In this document: positions 55,750 to 64,000 of the stretch, in pieces
Layout of the letters: every line of letters begins with the position of its first letter
How positions within the stretch are numbered: the first letter of the stretch is position 1
Assembly (NCBI GenBank): GCA_022706685.1
Contig: JAKJCA010000002.1
Span: forward strand, 4,459-68,458
Direction of reading: 5' to 3'
Length of the DNA stretch: 64,000 nt
Origin: Bacillota bacterium
GTDB lineage: Bacteria > Bacillota > Clostridia > Oscillospirales > Acutalibacteraceae
The notes under the pieces: generated by a model
Told to the model about the DNA's origin: nothing
The model's database searches: none
Seen by the model: the letters and a program-made list of their open reading frames with translations, nothing else
Program-made: the position numbers and the translations under genes

Positions 55750-56520
55750 ATGGATTACACCGACCTCAACGCGCAAACCGTCGACCGCTGGGTTGAAAAC
55801 GGCTGGGAATGGGGCGTGCCCGTCACCCACGAGCAATACCTCGCCGCGCGCGGGGGTGAATGGTCTATGCTGTTGACGCCCCTCAAACCGGTCCCGAAAG
55901 CGTGGTATCCGGACCTCAAGGGGAAAAAGGTGCTCGGTCTCGCCGCAGGCGGCGCGCAGCAGATGCCGGTTTTCGCCGCTTTGGGCGCCGAATGCACGGT
56001 ACTCGATTACTCCAAAAAACAAATCGAGAGCGAACGCGCGGTCGCGCAGCGGGAGGGCTACAAAATCATCGCGGTGCGCGCCGATATGACCCGCCCCCTC
56101 CCCTTCGGCGACGCTTCGTTCGACCTGATTTTCCATCCTGTCTCCAACTGCTATATCAGGGATGTCCTGCCGGTCTGGCGCGAATGTTATCGCGTCCTCA
56201 AGGCGGGCGGGCTGCTCATGGCAGGGCTTGACAACGGGCTCAATTTCCTGTTTGACGAGGATGAGTCGCTGATTGTCCACCGTCTGCCCTTCGACCCGCT
56301 TTCCGACGAAAGCCAGCGCGAGGCACTGGAAAAAGGCGACTGCGGCATCCAGTTTTCCCACGGTATCGAGGAACAGATCGGCGGCCAGCTCAAGGCGGGT
56401 TTCCGCCTGCTGGACCTGTATGAAGACACCAACGCTTCCGGCTTTCTGCGCGAACACGGCGTTCCGGCTTTCTGGGCCACGCTGGCCGAAAAACCGCGGC
56501 GCGTACGACAGCGCCCGTGA
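55750..56520 (+). CDS. Class I SAM-dependent methyltransferase
   Basis: Motif I KVLGLAAGGAQQ and the acidic loop TVLDYS. ATG 55750 is preferred over the track TTG at 55738. Confidence 0.8.
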   Translation: MDYTDLNAQTVDRWVENGWEWGVPVTHEQYLAARGGEWSMLLTPLKPVPKAWYPDLKGKKVLGLAAGGAQQMPVFAALGAECTVLDYSKKQIESERAVAQREGYKIIAVRADMTRPLPFGDASFDLIFHPVSNCYIRDVLPVWRECYRVLKAGGLLMAGLDNGLNFLFDEDESLIVHRLPFDPLSDESQREALEKGDCGIQFSHGIEEQIGGQLKAGFRLLDLYEDTNASGFLREHGVPAFWATLAEKPRRVRQRP

Positions 56521-56590
56521 CTGAACATGGCCGGTACCAACCGGATGTGAACCCGAAACCGGCAGAATCCGCCCGGAAAAGAAATGATGC

Positions 56591-56620
56591 TTGACAAATA
56601 AATTGATAGATAATTATTAT
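56591..56620 (+). promoter_or_regulatory. Putative sigma-A promoter of the two-component operon
   Basis: TTGACA (56591-56596), an 18-nt spacer, then TATTAT (56615-56620). Confidence 0.4.
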
Positions 56621-56667
56621 TAAAAATATGCAAACGGCTGTCACGATGACCCCTTGAGGTAACGCCT

Positions 56668-58374
56668 TTGACGCTGACATTAAAAATCAATCTGATTATT
56701 TATGCGTCGTTGCTGATACTTTGCGTCGTAACGGCCACGGTTATCTATATCCGCGCGAAAAAGACCCCGGAGTTTTACAGCCTGACGGCGTTCTACCTCT
56801 GCCTGATGTTTTGGACAGCTCTTTACATGAACGAACTCATGTCGACGAGCGAGGCGCGCATGTACTTCAACGTCCGGCTGACGCTGATACCGACGATGTT
56901 CGTCGGGGCGCTGTTCCTGATTTTTGCCCTGTATTATGCCGGTAAAATTACCCTGACCAACAGAACCAAAATCATTCTGCTGATTTTGCTGCCCGAATTG
57001 CTGTGCGTCTGGCCGTTGTTTACCCAAAGGTATTTCCACTTGGTTCTGGTGTCGAAAGTGTTCGGCGGTTATCATGATGTCTGGGGACCCCTGATGATTG
57101 TCAGCGAAGTGTTTACCTTCCTCTACATCATCGCCGCTGTTGTCCTAATCGGCAAAAAACTGCGCAGCAGAGGTAAAAAATATGTCTGGCTGCTGGCTTT
57201 CGCCGTCTCCATCCCTCTCGTGCTGCAAGTGCTGCAGGTGCTGGTCAAACCCCTCACGGAGCTCGGCGTCTACCTGACACTGCCGGGTTTTGCGTTTTTC
57301 TGCGTGCTGATAACGGTCTATGTGCTGAAATACCGCCTGATAGAAGTCGTACCGGCGGCTTCGCACAAACTGTTTTCCATGATCAATAAAGCCGTGTTTA
57401 TCCTCGACGCCGGCGGCGAGGTCATCGAATCCAACGAGGCCGCCGCGCTGTATTTTCAAAATATGATTGAAATCAAGCCGTATATGGATTTCGAAAAAGT
57501 GTTCGACGCGCTGGTGCCTTACTGCGATGACAAAAATAAGCTCGAGCAGATGAAAAGCCGGGCGGCCGCCGGCGAAACAGGCGCTTATGAGGGCATGCTG
57601 GTCCTGCAGGCGACAGCCACGGGCAACAGGCAATATGCGGTCGATATCTCGCCGATTTTTTCCGGCAGCGGCAAACTGCTCGGCAAACTGGTCGTCTTCA
57701 ACGATATGACCGAGTTCACCATGCGGACCCTGGCCGGCGAGCGCAGCCGTGTTTCGGACGACCTGCATGACAGCCTGGGCAACAGCATCAACGTCATCAG
57801 TTCCAACCTCGAATATGTGCTCAATAACTTCGCCGATACGCCGGAGGTCAGGGAATGCCTGCAAATTTCTTACGACAGGGCAATCGGTGCCTTCGTGCAG
57901 CTGCGCAGAATCGTCGACGAACTTACGCCCGTCGATATCGAGCAAAGGGGCCTGCTTTGGGCGCTGGACACCCTGTTTTACAAACTGCGCGTCAAAGGCC
58001 TGAACATCGATTTTTCCCATAACATCGGCGACGACAGCCGCATCAGCAAAAGCAAACTGGCCAAAACGGTCTATCGCATCTGCCAGGAAGCCATCAATAA
58101 TGCCGTCGTGCACGGCAGGGCGAAGAACATCGCCGTCACCCTTCATGAGGGCGACGGCTCGTTAAAAGTGTTTATTTCCGACGACGGTGTCGGCTGCGAA
58201 CATATCACGCCCAGCAACGGGCTCAACGCCATGAGGAACAGGGTAGAATCTCTCGGCGGCAAACTGAGCCTCGGCTCGCCCGACGGCGGCGGTTTCAACA
58301 TCAAAGCGACGTTTCCGTTTGATATCGCGGCCGGAGAAACGCCGGCCGAACCGGGTGAAGGGAGAACGCCATGA
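56668..58374 (+). CDS. Membrane sensor histidine kinase (HisKA_3 / NarX-type)
   Basis: About 6 N-terminal TM helices, H-box SDDLHDSLGN, N-box QEAINNAVVHG and G-boxes SDDGVG / GLNAMRNRVESLGG. TTG start 6 nt after GAGGT. Confidence 0.85.
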   Translation: MTLTLKINLIIYASLLILCVVTATVIYIRAKKTPEFYSLTAFYLCLMFWTALYMNELMSTSEARMYFNVRLTLIPTMFVGALFLIFALYYAGKITLTNRTKIILLILLPELLCVWPLFTQRYFHLVLVSKVFGGYHDVWGPLMIVSEVFTFLYIIAAVVLIGKKLRSRGKKYVWLLAFAVSIPLVLQVLQVLVKPLTELGVYLTLPGFAFFCVLITVYVLKYRLIEVVPAASHKLFSMINKAVFILDAGGEVIESNEAAALYFQNMIEIKPYMDFEKVFDALVPYCDDKNKLEQMKSRAAAGETGAYEGMLVLQATATGNRQYAVDISPIFSGSGKLLGKLVVFNDMTEFTMRTLAGERSRVSDDLHDSLGNSINVISSNLEYVLNNFADTPEVRECLQISYDRAIGAFVQLRRIVDELTPVDIEQRGLLWALDTLFYKLRVKGLNIDFSHNIGDDSRISKSKLAKTVYRICQEAINNAVVHGRAKNIAVTLHEGDGSLKVFISDDGVGCEHITPSNGLNAMRNRVESLGGKLSLGSPDGGGFNIKATFPFDIAAGETPAEPGEGRTP

Positions 58375-59009
58375 TCAACGTTATTATCGTCGACGACGAC
58401 ATCGAGTCGGCAAGGGCGCTTCGCAGAGTCATCGACGGCAGAGAAGGCATCGTCGTCACCGACCTGTTCTACAGCGCCTTGGAGGCGGTCGGGCATTGCC
58501 TTGCCCAAAAGCCCGACCTCGTTATTCTGGACATCAATATGCCCGAAATGGACGGCCTCGAGGCGTGCAGGCGCATCAAATTCATCGACCCGGCCATCAA
58601 AGTGCTCATGCTGACGTTTTATCAGATCAAGGAAAACGAGATCGAAGCCGTCAAATGCGACTGCGACGGCTATCTGTATAAAGGCCATACCGGCGAGGAA
58701 ATGACCGGCATCATCAAAAGCACCATGATGGGTTTTTCCACCTTCGACCACGGCGTCAAGGATACCATCCACAGCCGCTTGACGGCGGACGCCGAAATCC
58801 GGGTGGCGCCGGCCGATATCGAAAAACTGACGGACAAGCAGAAAGAGATCATCCGCATGCTCACCGCGGGGAAAAAGGACAGCGAAATCGCCCGGGACCT
58901 CTTTATGAGCGAAGGATACCTGCGCAACCAGCTGATGGCTATCCGCACCATGCTGGGCCTGCGCACCAGCAAGGAACTGGCGGTCTGGGGCGCCAGAGCG
59001 GGGCTGTAA
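58371..59009 (+). CDS. LuxR/NarL-family response regulator
   Basis: Receiver blocks are IIVDDD and DLVILDINMPEMDG. The C-terminal HTH is LTDKQKEIIRMLTAGKKDSEIARDLFMSEGYLRNQL. It overlaps the kinase stop by 4 nt. Confidence 0.9.
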   Translation: MINVIIVDDDIESARALRRVIDGREGIVVTDLFYSALEAVGHCLAQKPDLVILDINMPEMDGLEACRRIKFIDPAIKVLMLTFYQIKENEIEAVKCDCDGYLYKGHTGEEMTGIIKSTMMGFSTFDHGVKDTIHSRLTADAEIRVAPADIEKLTDKQKEIIRMLTAGKKDSEIARDLFMSEGYLRNQLMAIRTMLGLRTSKELAVWGARAGL

Positions 59010-59035
59010 GCGGCCAGAGGGCAAAATCATAAAAA

Positions 59036-59066
59036 AGCGGGCGCAAACAGGCCGCCCGCTTTTGAT
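59036..59066 (+). terminator. Intrinsic terminator after the response-regulator gene
   Basis: AGCGGGCG (59036-59043) pairs with CGCCCGCT (59053-59060) and is followed by TTTGATTTG. Confidence 0.65.
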
Positions 59067-59173
59067 TTGTGTATAATGATGGCGGATACCATCGGCATGG
59101 CGGCCTTGAACGGCCCCGGAAGCGCAAGCGCTTCGCGTTATAAATTTTATTAAAATGATCGGCGGTGCATATA

Positions 59174-60757
59174 ATGAAAAAAATCGGCAACCTCCCCCGG
59201 GCCATCGAGCACGCCCGCCTGCTGCGGGAGAAATACCTGGCCGACGACACCCGGCCCGGCTGGCATTTCGCCGTGCCCGGAGATTACGGCCTGCCGGGCG
59301 ACCCGAACGGCGCGTTTTTCGCCGACGGCCGCTACCATCTGATGTATCTGTACGATTGCCGCTCGGATTCCTTCCGCTGGGGCCATATTTCGAGCGCGGA
59401 CCTGCTTCACTGGCGCGCCCACCCCGACGCTGTCGTGCCCGACCGCCTGGACGGCGGCATCTTCAGCGGGGGCGCTTTTGTCGACGGCGACGGCGTGTGC
59501 TACCTCTCCTACTGGGGCCTGCCCGTCCCGGGCGGCGGCCATGGCGGCATCCGTCTGATTCGCAGCTGCGACCGCCGTTACGACCGTTGGGAAAAATTCG
59601 GCGATTACGCGCTGGCCTGCACCGAACCTGGTATTCTCTGCCTGGACGGCGGCGGCCGGCGGCGGTGGCTCGGCTGCGCGGACCCGAGCAACATCTGGCG
59701 TAAAGGCGGCTTTTACTATATGCAGACGGGGAACCTTTGCGTGCTGACCAAATTCAGGCGCGACGGCCTTCACGACTACGGCGCGCAAGCGCCGGCCCGG
59801 GATGCGGACCCCGACATAAGCGGAGACTGGGTGGACCTTTTCCGCAGCAGCGACCTGAAACAATGGGAATATCTGCACCGTTTCTACCAAAGGGACGCGT
59901 CCGGCGTCTGGACGGGCGCCGACGAGGACGCCATGTGCCCGAGTTTTCTGCCGCTGCCCAAAAGCCCCGCCGGCGGCGAGGCCAGCGGCCGCTACCTCCA
60001 GCTTTTCATTTCGCACAACAGGGGCTGCCAGTATTATATCGGCTCTTACGATACGGACAAGGACCTGTTTCTCCCCCTTCGGCACGGCAGGATGACCTGG
60101 ACGGACAACACTTTTTTCGCGCCCGAAGCGCTCGTCGACGGCGCCGGGCGGCAGATTATGTGGAGCTGGCTGCTCGATAATCCCTCCGACGAAAAACAGC
60201 GCGGCTGGTCGGGCGTTTACGGCCTGCCGCGTTCGCTCTGGCTGCGTGAGGACGGGTCGCTCGGCATCGCGCCGGCGGAGGAAATTAAAAACCTGCGCTG
60301 CCGGCGGGAGGACTTTCTCGCCGCGGTGCCTGCCGACGGCCGCGCTGCGCTCGACTGCGCCAACGGCGTTTCCTGCGAAATCATTCTGCGCGCCGACGTG
60401 ACCGGCGGGGCGCAGGCCGGCTTATATGTCCGGGCCGCGCCGGATTTTTCGGAATACACCAAAATCTGGTACGACGCGGCGAACGCCCGGCTTGTGTTCG
60501 ACGCCGCGAAAAGCGGCCGGCTCGGCAGGCCCGTTACGGAAACCGCGCCGCTCGAGCTGGCGCCCGGCGAGCGGCTCGAACTCGATGTGTTTATCGACAA
60601 CTCCGTCGTGGAAGTCTTCGCCAACGGCCGCCAGGCGATCACCCGGCGCGTCTATCCCGAAGGGGCGGAAAGCACCGGCGTCCATGTGTTCACCGCGGGC
60701 TGCCCGCGCGTCGAAGAACTGGCCGTCTATGAGATGGCGCCTGCGAATTTTTACTGA
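59174..60757 (+). CDS. GH32-like (beta-fructofuranosidase-fold) glycoside hydrolase
   Basis: The N-terminal block WHFAVPGDYGLPGDPNGAFFADGRYHLMYLY resembles the GH32 NDPNG region. There is a C-terminal beta-sandwich. The catalytic-motif assignment is tentative. Confidence 0.65.
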   Translation: MKKIGNLPRAIEHARLLREKYLADDTRPGWHFAVPGDYGLPGDPNGAFFADGRYHLMYLYDCRSDSFRWGHISSADLLHWRAHPDAVVPDRLDGGIFSGGAFVDGDGVCYLSYWGLPVPGGGHGGIRLIRSCDRRYDRWEKFGDYALACTEPGILCLDGGGRRRWLGCADPSNIWRKGGFYYMQTGNLCVLTKFRRDGLHDYGAQAPARDADPDISGDWVDLFRSSDLKQWEYLHRFYQRDASGVWTGADEDAMCPSFLPLPKSPAGGEASGRYLQLFISHNRGCQYYIGSYDTDKDLFLPLRHGRMTWTDNTFFAPEALVDGAGRQIMWSWLLDNPSDEKQRGWSGVYGLPRSLWLREDGSLGIAPAEEIKNLRCRREDFLAAVPADGRAALDCANGVSCEIILRADVTGGAQAGLYVRAAPDFSEYTKIWYDAANARLVFDAAKSGRLGRPVTETAPLELAPGERLELDVFIDNSVVEVFANGRQAITRRVYPEGAESTGVHVFTAGCPRVEELAVYEMAPANFY

Positions 60758-60801
60758 GACGCCGCGGCATCAGCCGCCGATAACGAAAGGGGCACACCGC
60801 T

Positions 60802-62421
60802 ATGGCCGAGAGCGTCAGACTGAGCGATTTCAAAGGCGAAAACGATACCGAAATGTTCACCGCGGCCATGGCCTTCCTGCGCCGAAACCCCGGGAGCACG
60901 CTCCATGTCGGCTCGGGCGTCTATACGCTGACGAGCGAACTTGCCCGGCAGACGCAGGCTTTTGTAATGCGCGGTGTGTTCGGCGAAAATCCGGAACCCG
61001 TCATGTTCAGCCCCTCGTTCGAGTACACCCGCGGGATTTCCTTCGAAGGGCAGCGGGGCAGCACCGTCCTCGCCTGCGGCGCCACACTCCTTGTCGACGG
61101 GTTTATGGAGCCCGTTTCGCTGAAAAACTGCGCGGATATCACCATCAAAGGCCTGACGATCGACCACCTGCGCAAGCCGTTCAGCATGGGCACGGTCGCC
61201 GAAGTAATACCCGCGGCGGGGACCGCCGGCCGCGTCGCCGTGGATTTTTCGGAGGAATACCCCCTTGATGAAAAAATGCCCTGCGTGCGCACCTGCTTTT
61301 ACAGCGGCGAAACCAACCGTTTCAACCTCGCGGCCGGTATCGTCGAGCGGAAAATCAGCGGCCGGCGCATGACGCTCGAATGCTCCGACATCCGCGGCAT
61401 CGCGCCCGGCTGTGAGTTTTATGTCTGCCATACCTACCACTCCAGGCCGGCGATTCTTATCGAAAACGCGCGCAATACCGTCCTCGAGGATGTCACGGTT
61501 CACAGCCAGCCCGGGATGGGCGTCGTCGGCCACCGCAGCGAAAATATATTTCTTAAGGGCTTTCGCGTCATACCGGGGCCGGGCGTCCATTTTTCAACCA
61601 ACACGGACGCGACCCATTTTACCTCCTGCAAGGGCACCCTGCGCTTCGAGGGATGCACCTTCGAGGGGCACGGGGACGACGCGGCCAACGTCCACACCTA
61701 CTATCACAGCATCGCGAAAAAAATGTCGGGCAGCCGCTGCCTGCTCACGCTGGAATCCCCCACGGGAACCCATTCGCAGACGCCCGACTACCCGGACCCG
61801 GGCGACACGCTCGAGCTGACTGTCGCCGACTCCCTGACAACAGAGAGGACCTACACCGTGCTCTCCTGTATTCCGAACCCGGATGATTTTACCTCGGTGG
61901 TGGAACTCGACGGCGAACTGCCCGACAACTTCGACGATTATTTTCTGGCCGATGTCACGCGCCTGCCGCGGCTGGAGTTCGTCCGCTGCTTTGTCAAGAA
62001 CCACTTCGCCAGAAGCGTGCTTGTTAAAACCAGAAGCGTGCTCATCGAGGGTTGCACCTTTATGGACGCCGACCTCTGCGCCGTCGAGGTCGCGGCGGAA
62101 GCCTGGTGGAAAGAGGGCGTCTGCTCGGCGGACGTCGTCATCCGCGGCAACCGCATCATTTATACCGGCGCCAAAAAGAACAACGGCATCCGCGGCTGCT
62201 CCGGCATCGCCGTCCTGGTGGATGCCAACCTGCCCGAAGGCACCCCCCATAAAAACATCCTCATCGAGAATAATATCATCGACTGCCCATCCTCCCAGCA
62301 CGGCATCTATATTGCCAACGCCGAGAACGTTACCGTGCGCGGCAACAGCATCCGCTGCGCGGGCGGGGAAATCGCCGTTGTCGACTGCCGCGATGTTGTG
62401 ATATCCGAAACAAGGACCTGA
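60802..62421 (+). CDS. Right-handed parallel beta-helix repeat protein (pectate-lyase fold)
   Basis: Repeated N-x-x-[IV]-x-[GN] turns, for example VVIRGNRIIYTG, ILIENNIIDC and VTVRGNSIRC. GAAAGGGG SD. Confidence 0.7.
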   Translation: MAESVRLSDFKGENDTEMFTAAMAFLRRNPGSTLHVGSGVYTLTSELARQTQAFVMRGVFGENPEPVMFSPSFEYTRGISFEGQRGSTVLACGATLLVDGFMEPVSLKNCADITIKGLTIDHLRKPFSMGTVAEVIPAAGTAGRVAVDFSEEYPLDEKMPCVRTCFYSGETNRFNLAAGIVERKISGRRMTLECSDIRGIAPGCEFYVCHTYHSRPAILIENARNTVLEDVTVHSQPGMGVVGHRSENIFLKGFRVIPGPGVHFSTNTDATHFTSCKGTLRFEGCTFEGHGDDAANVHTYYHSIAKKMSGSRCLLTLESPTGTHSQTPDYPDPGDTLELTVADSLTTERTYTVLSCIPNPDDFTSVVELDGELPDNFDDYFLADVTRLPRLEFVRCFVKNHFARSVLVKTRSVLIEGCTFMDADLCAVEVAAEAWWKEGVCSADVVIRGNRIIYTGAKKNNGIRGCSGIAVLVDANLPEGTPHKNILIENNIIDCPSSQHGIYIANAENVTVRGNSIRCAGGEIAVVDCRDVVISETRT

Positions 62422-62484
62422 GACAACGCGCCGCCGTCCTTCCGCGCGCGGTTCAAACGGCAAAGCGGAGAAACAGCAAAGAAG

Positions 62485-63168
62485 GTGAAAACAATCGCCG
62501 CATCGTCCGAAACCTTCGTTTACCCCGCCGTCCTGTTCGACCTCGACGGCACCCTTCTCGACACGCTCGGAGACCTCGCCGCGGCGGTCAACCATGTCTT
62601 GGCGCTTCACGGCTATCCGCCGGTGACTCGGGACGACACGCGGCGTTTTGTCGGCAGCGGCGTCGCCCGCCTGATGGAACGCGCCCTGCCGGGAGGGAAC
62701 GCTAACCCGCATTACGGCCGGTGCCTCGAGGAGTTCCGGCGGTACTATTCGCTGCACATGGACGTTCTGACAAAACCCTATCCGGGTATTGCGGACTTGC
62801 TCGGGCGGCTCAAGAATGCCGGGGTAAAAACGGCCGTCGTCTCCAACAAATACGACGCTGCCGTCAAGATGCTGGCGGAAAAATATTTCGGCACGCTTGT
62901 CGGCGCGGCGGTCGGCGAGGCGGATGAATTACCCCGCAAACCGGCGCCCGATATGGTCTTTTGCGCCCTTGAGCGGCTCGGAGCGGATAAACAGTCCGCC
63001 GTTCTGGTCGGCGATTCGGATATCGATATTCTCACGGCCGCAAACGCCGGCATCGCCTGCGTTGCCGTTACCTGGGGCTTCCGTGATAAACAGGACCTTA
63101 TCCGCGCAGGCGCGCAGGTCTTCGCCGACAGCCCTTCGGAACTGCTGGGAATACTGACGGCAAAATGA
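62485..63168 (+). CDS. HAD-superfamily phosphatase (phosphoglycolate-phosphatase-like)
   Basis: Motif I LFDLDGTLLDT, motif II VVSNK and motif III/IV K...VGDSDIDI. Confidence 0.85.
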   Translation: MKTIAASSETFVYPAVLFDLDGTLLDTLGDLAAAVNHVLALHGYPPVTRDDTRRFVGSGVARLMERALPGGNANPHYGRCLEEFRRYYSLHMDVLTKPYPGIADLLGRLKNAGVKTAVVSNKYDAAVKMLAEKYFGTLVGAAVGEADELPRKPAPDMVFCALERLGADKQSAVLVGDSDIDILTAANAGIACVAVTWGFRDKQDLIRAGAQVFADSPSELLGILTAK

Positions 63169-63306
63169 ATAAAACCGCATCAAAAACCTGTAATAATGAA
63201 TATATCAGCAAAATTATTCATTATTTAAGAATTTTTGACGTATAAAATGAATACGCGGGCGGCCCCTTCCCTGCGGGTCTGCCTGTTGCGAAAGGAGATA
63301 ACGGGC

Positions 63307-64000
63307 ATGGCGGCCAAAGAACAAAATACGGGTGTTCCGCTTGCGCTGACGCGGCTGTCCGCTTCCTCGTGGTTTTCCGTCGGCACGGGGGAACTCGTGG
63401 TCCACTTCGACCCAGGTTATATCGGCGCCGACCCGGTCCGGGGCGTGCCGGAGGCGGAGTTTGAGAAAAAGGCCGACCTCGTATGTATCTCGCATTTTCA
63501 TTCGGACCATCTCCGGCCGGAGGCGCTGCGCCGGATTATGAAAAATGAGACGCTGGTGGTTTCGCCGCCGGGGTTTGACAATCCGTACGGTCTGAGCCAT
63601 ACCGCGCTGCGGCCCGGCGGCTTTTTGGAACACCGGGGCGTGGCGGTCAAAGCCGTGTACGCCTGCAATACGCCGCAAGGGCATTCGACGGTGAAACTGC
63701 ACCGAAGGGGCGAAAACAACGGTTACCTCCTGCTGGCCGGCGGCCGGCGCGTTTATTTTGCCGGCGATACCGATTGCATCCCCGATATGGCCGGTTTGGG
63801 AGGGGTCGACATCGCCCTGCTGCCCATCGGCGGCACCTACGTCATGGACGCCGGCGAGGCCGCCGAGGCGGTTTCGCTCATACGGCCTCAAATCGTTGTC
63901 CCGATGCACCAGTCGTCAGCGGATATGGAAGGCTTCAAACGGGCCGTCGAGGCAAGTTCGCCCGCCCGGGTCATGGTGCTTCAAGTCGGGGAAAAGGTCG
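63307..64000 (+). CDS. MBL-fold metal-dependent hydrolase, 3' end outside the window
   Basis: Own translation: MAAKEQNTGVPLALTRL...DLVCISHFHSDHL (HxHxDH motif)...YFAGDTD...LLPIGGTYVMD. AAAGGAGA SD. It is missing from the ORF track because there is no stop in the window. The track's antisense ORF at 63214-63909 is a shadow. Confidence 0.75.
   Translation, partial: MAAKEQNTGVPLALTRLSASSWFSVGTGELVVHFDPGYIGADPVRGVPEAEFEKKADLVCISHFHSDHLRPEALRRIMKNETLVVSPPGFDNPYGLSHTALRPGGFLEHRGVAVKAVYACNTPQGHSTVKLHRRGENNGYLLLAGGRRVYFAGDTDCIPDMAGLGGVDIALLPIGGTYVMDAGEAAEAVSLIRPQIVVPMHQSSADMEGFKRAVEASSPARVMVLQVGEKV

Noticed and set aside
63192-63225. AT-rich perfect 10-bp inverted repeat (AATAATGAAT...ATTCATTATT) after the HAD gene
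   Set aside because: It could be a weak terminator or an operator. The stem is entirely A/T and the T-tract is short, so there is not enough support to call it.
63214-63909. 231-aa minus-strand ORF
   Set aside because: It is antisense to a plus-strand MBL-fold gene (HxHxDH motif, good SD) that the track omits because it has no stop in the window.
1-64000. Search for CRISPR arrays, tRNA/rRNA genes, transposases, integrases and prophage genes
   Set aside because: I saw no regularly spaced repeats, no cloverleaf-like or rRNA-like segments, and no DDE, tyrosine or serine recombinase motifs. The AT-rich island therefore cannot be called a mobile element on present evidence.

Overview
This is a high-GC chromosomal window of about 60 genes. 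It looks like a saccharolytic anaerobic Firmicute of the Clostridia/Oscillospiraceae type. That placement is an inference from the V-type ATPase, Rnf-like genes, GGAGG ribosome-binding sites and glycoside hydrolases. No rRNA, tRNA, CRISPR array, transposase or integrase was recognised.

Main blocks:
1. 1-6.3 kb, minus strand, visibly lower GC. An intact-looking RiPP-type operon: SipW-like peptidase, radical SAM/SPASM, PqqD, a second radical SAM/SPASM, a Cys/Trp/Pro-rich small ORF, an ABC exporter, an HprK-like P-loop protein and a partial nucleotidyltransferase-like gene. This is the best candidate for an undescribed system.
2. 6.4-15.5 kb. URO-D-like, GNAT, a 721-aa unknown protein, a DHHW protein, a GH36-like alpha-galactosidase, a DMT-like permease and a lipoprotein.
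3. 15.6-24.2 kb. A nine-gene V-type ATPase operon.
4. 24.3-26.6 kb. Folate genes folE-folP-folB-folK. folB has no canonical start codon.
5. 26.6-30.5 kb. A transglutaminase-like lipoprotein, an LCP-like protein and a GH13 amylase-family enzyme.
6. 30.5-33.4 kb. An RnfD/E/A-only module that seems to have lost its cofactor-binding motifs.
7. rpe, ahcY, glgP and rlmD.
8. 39.4-43.9 kb. An AT-rich island with a repeat-flanked four-helix-bundle gene, a Dam methylase and a 5'-truncated helicase/DUF1998 gene. The truncated gene butts directly against a truncated alpha/beta-hydrolase gene.
9. 44-64 kb. Glycosidases, a second URO-D-like gene, a Na/Pi transporter, an ADP-ribosylglycohydrolase, a GNAT, an Amt-PII fusion with a structured leader, uppP, a methyltransferase, an HK/LuxR pair, GH32-like and beta-helix proteins, a HAD phosphatase and a partial MBL-fold gene that the ORF track misses.

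Many long ORFs in the track are antisense or off-frame shadows typical of high-GC DNA, and they were rejected.
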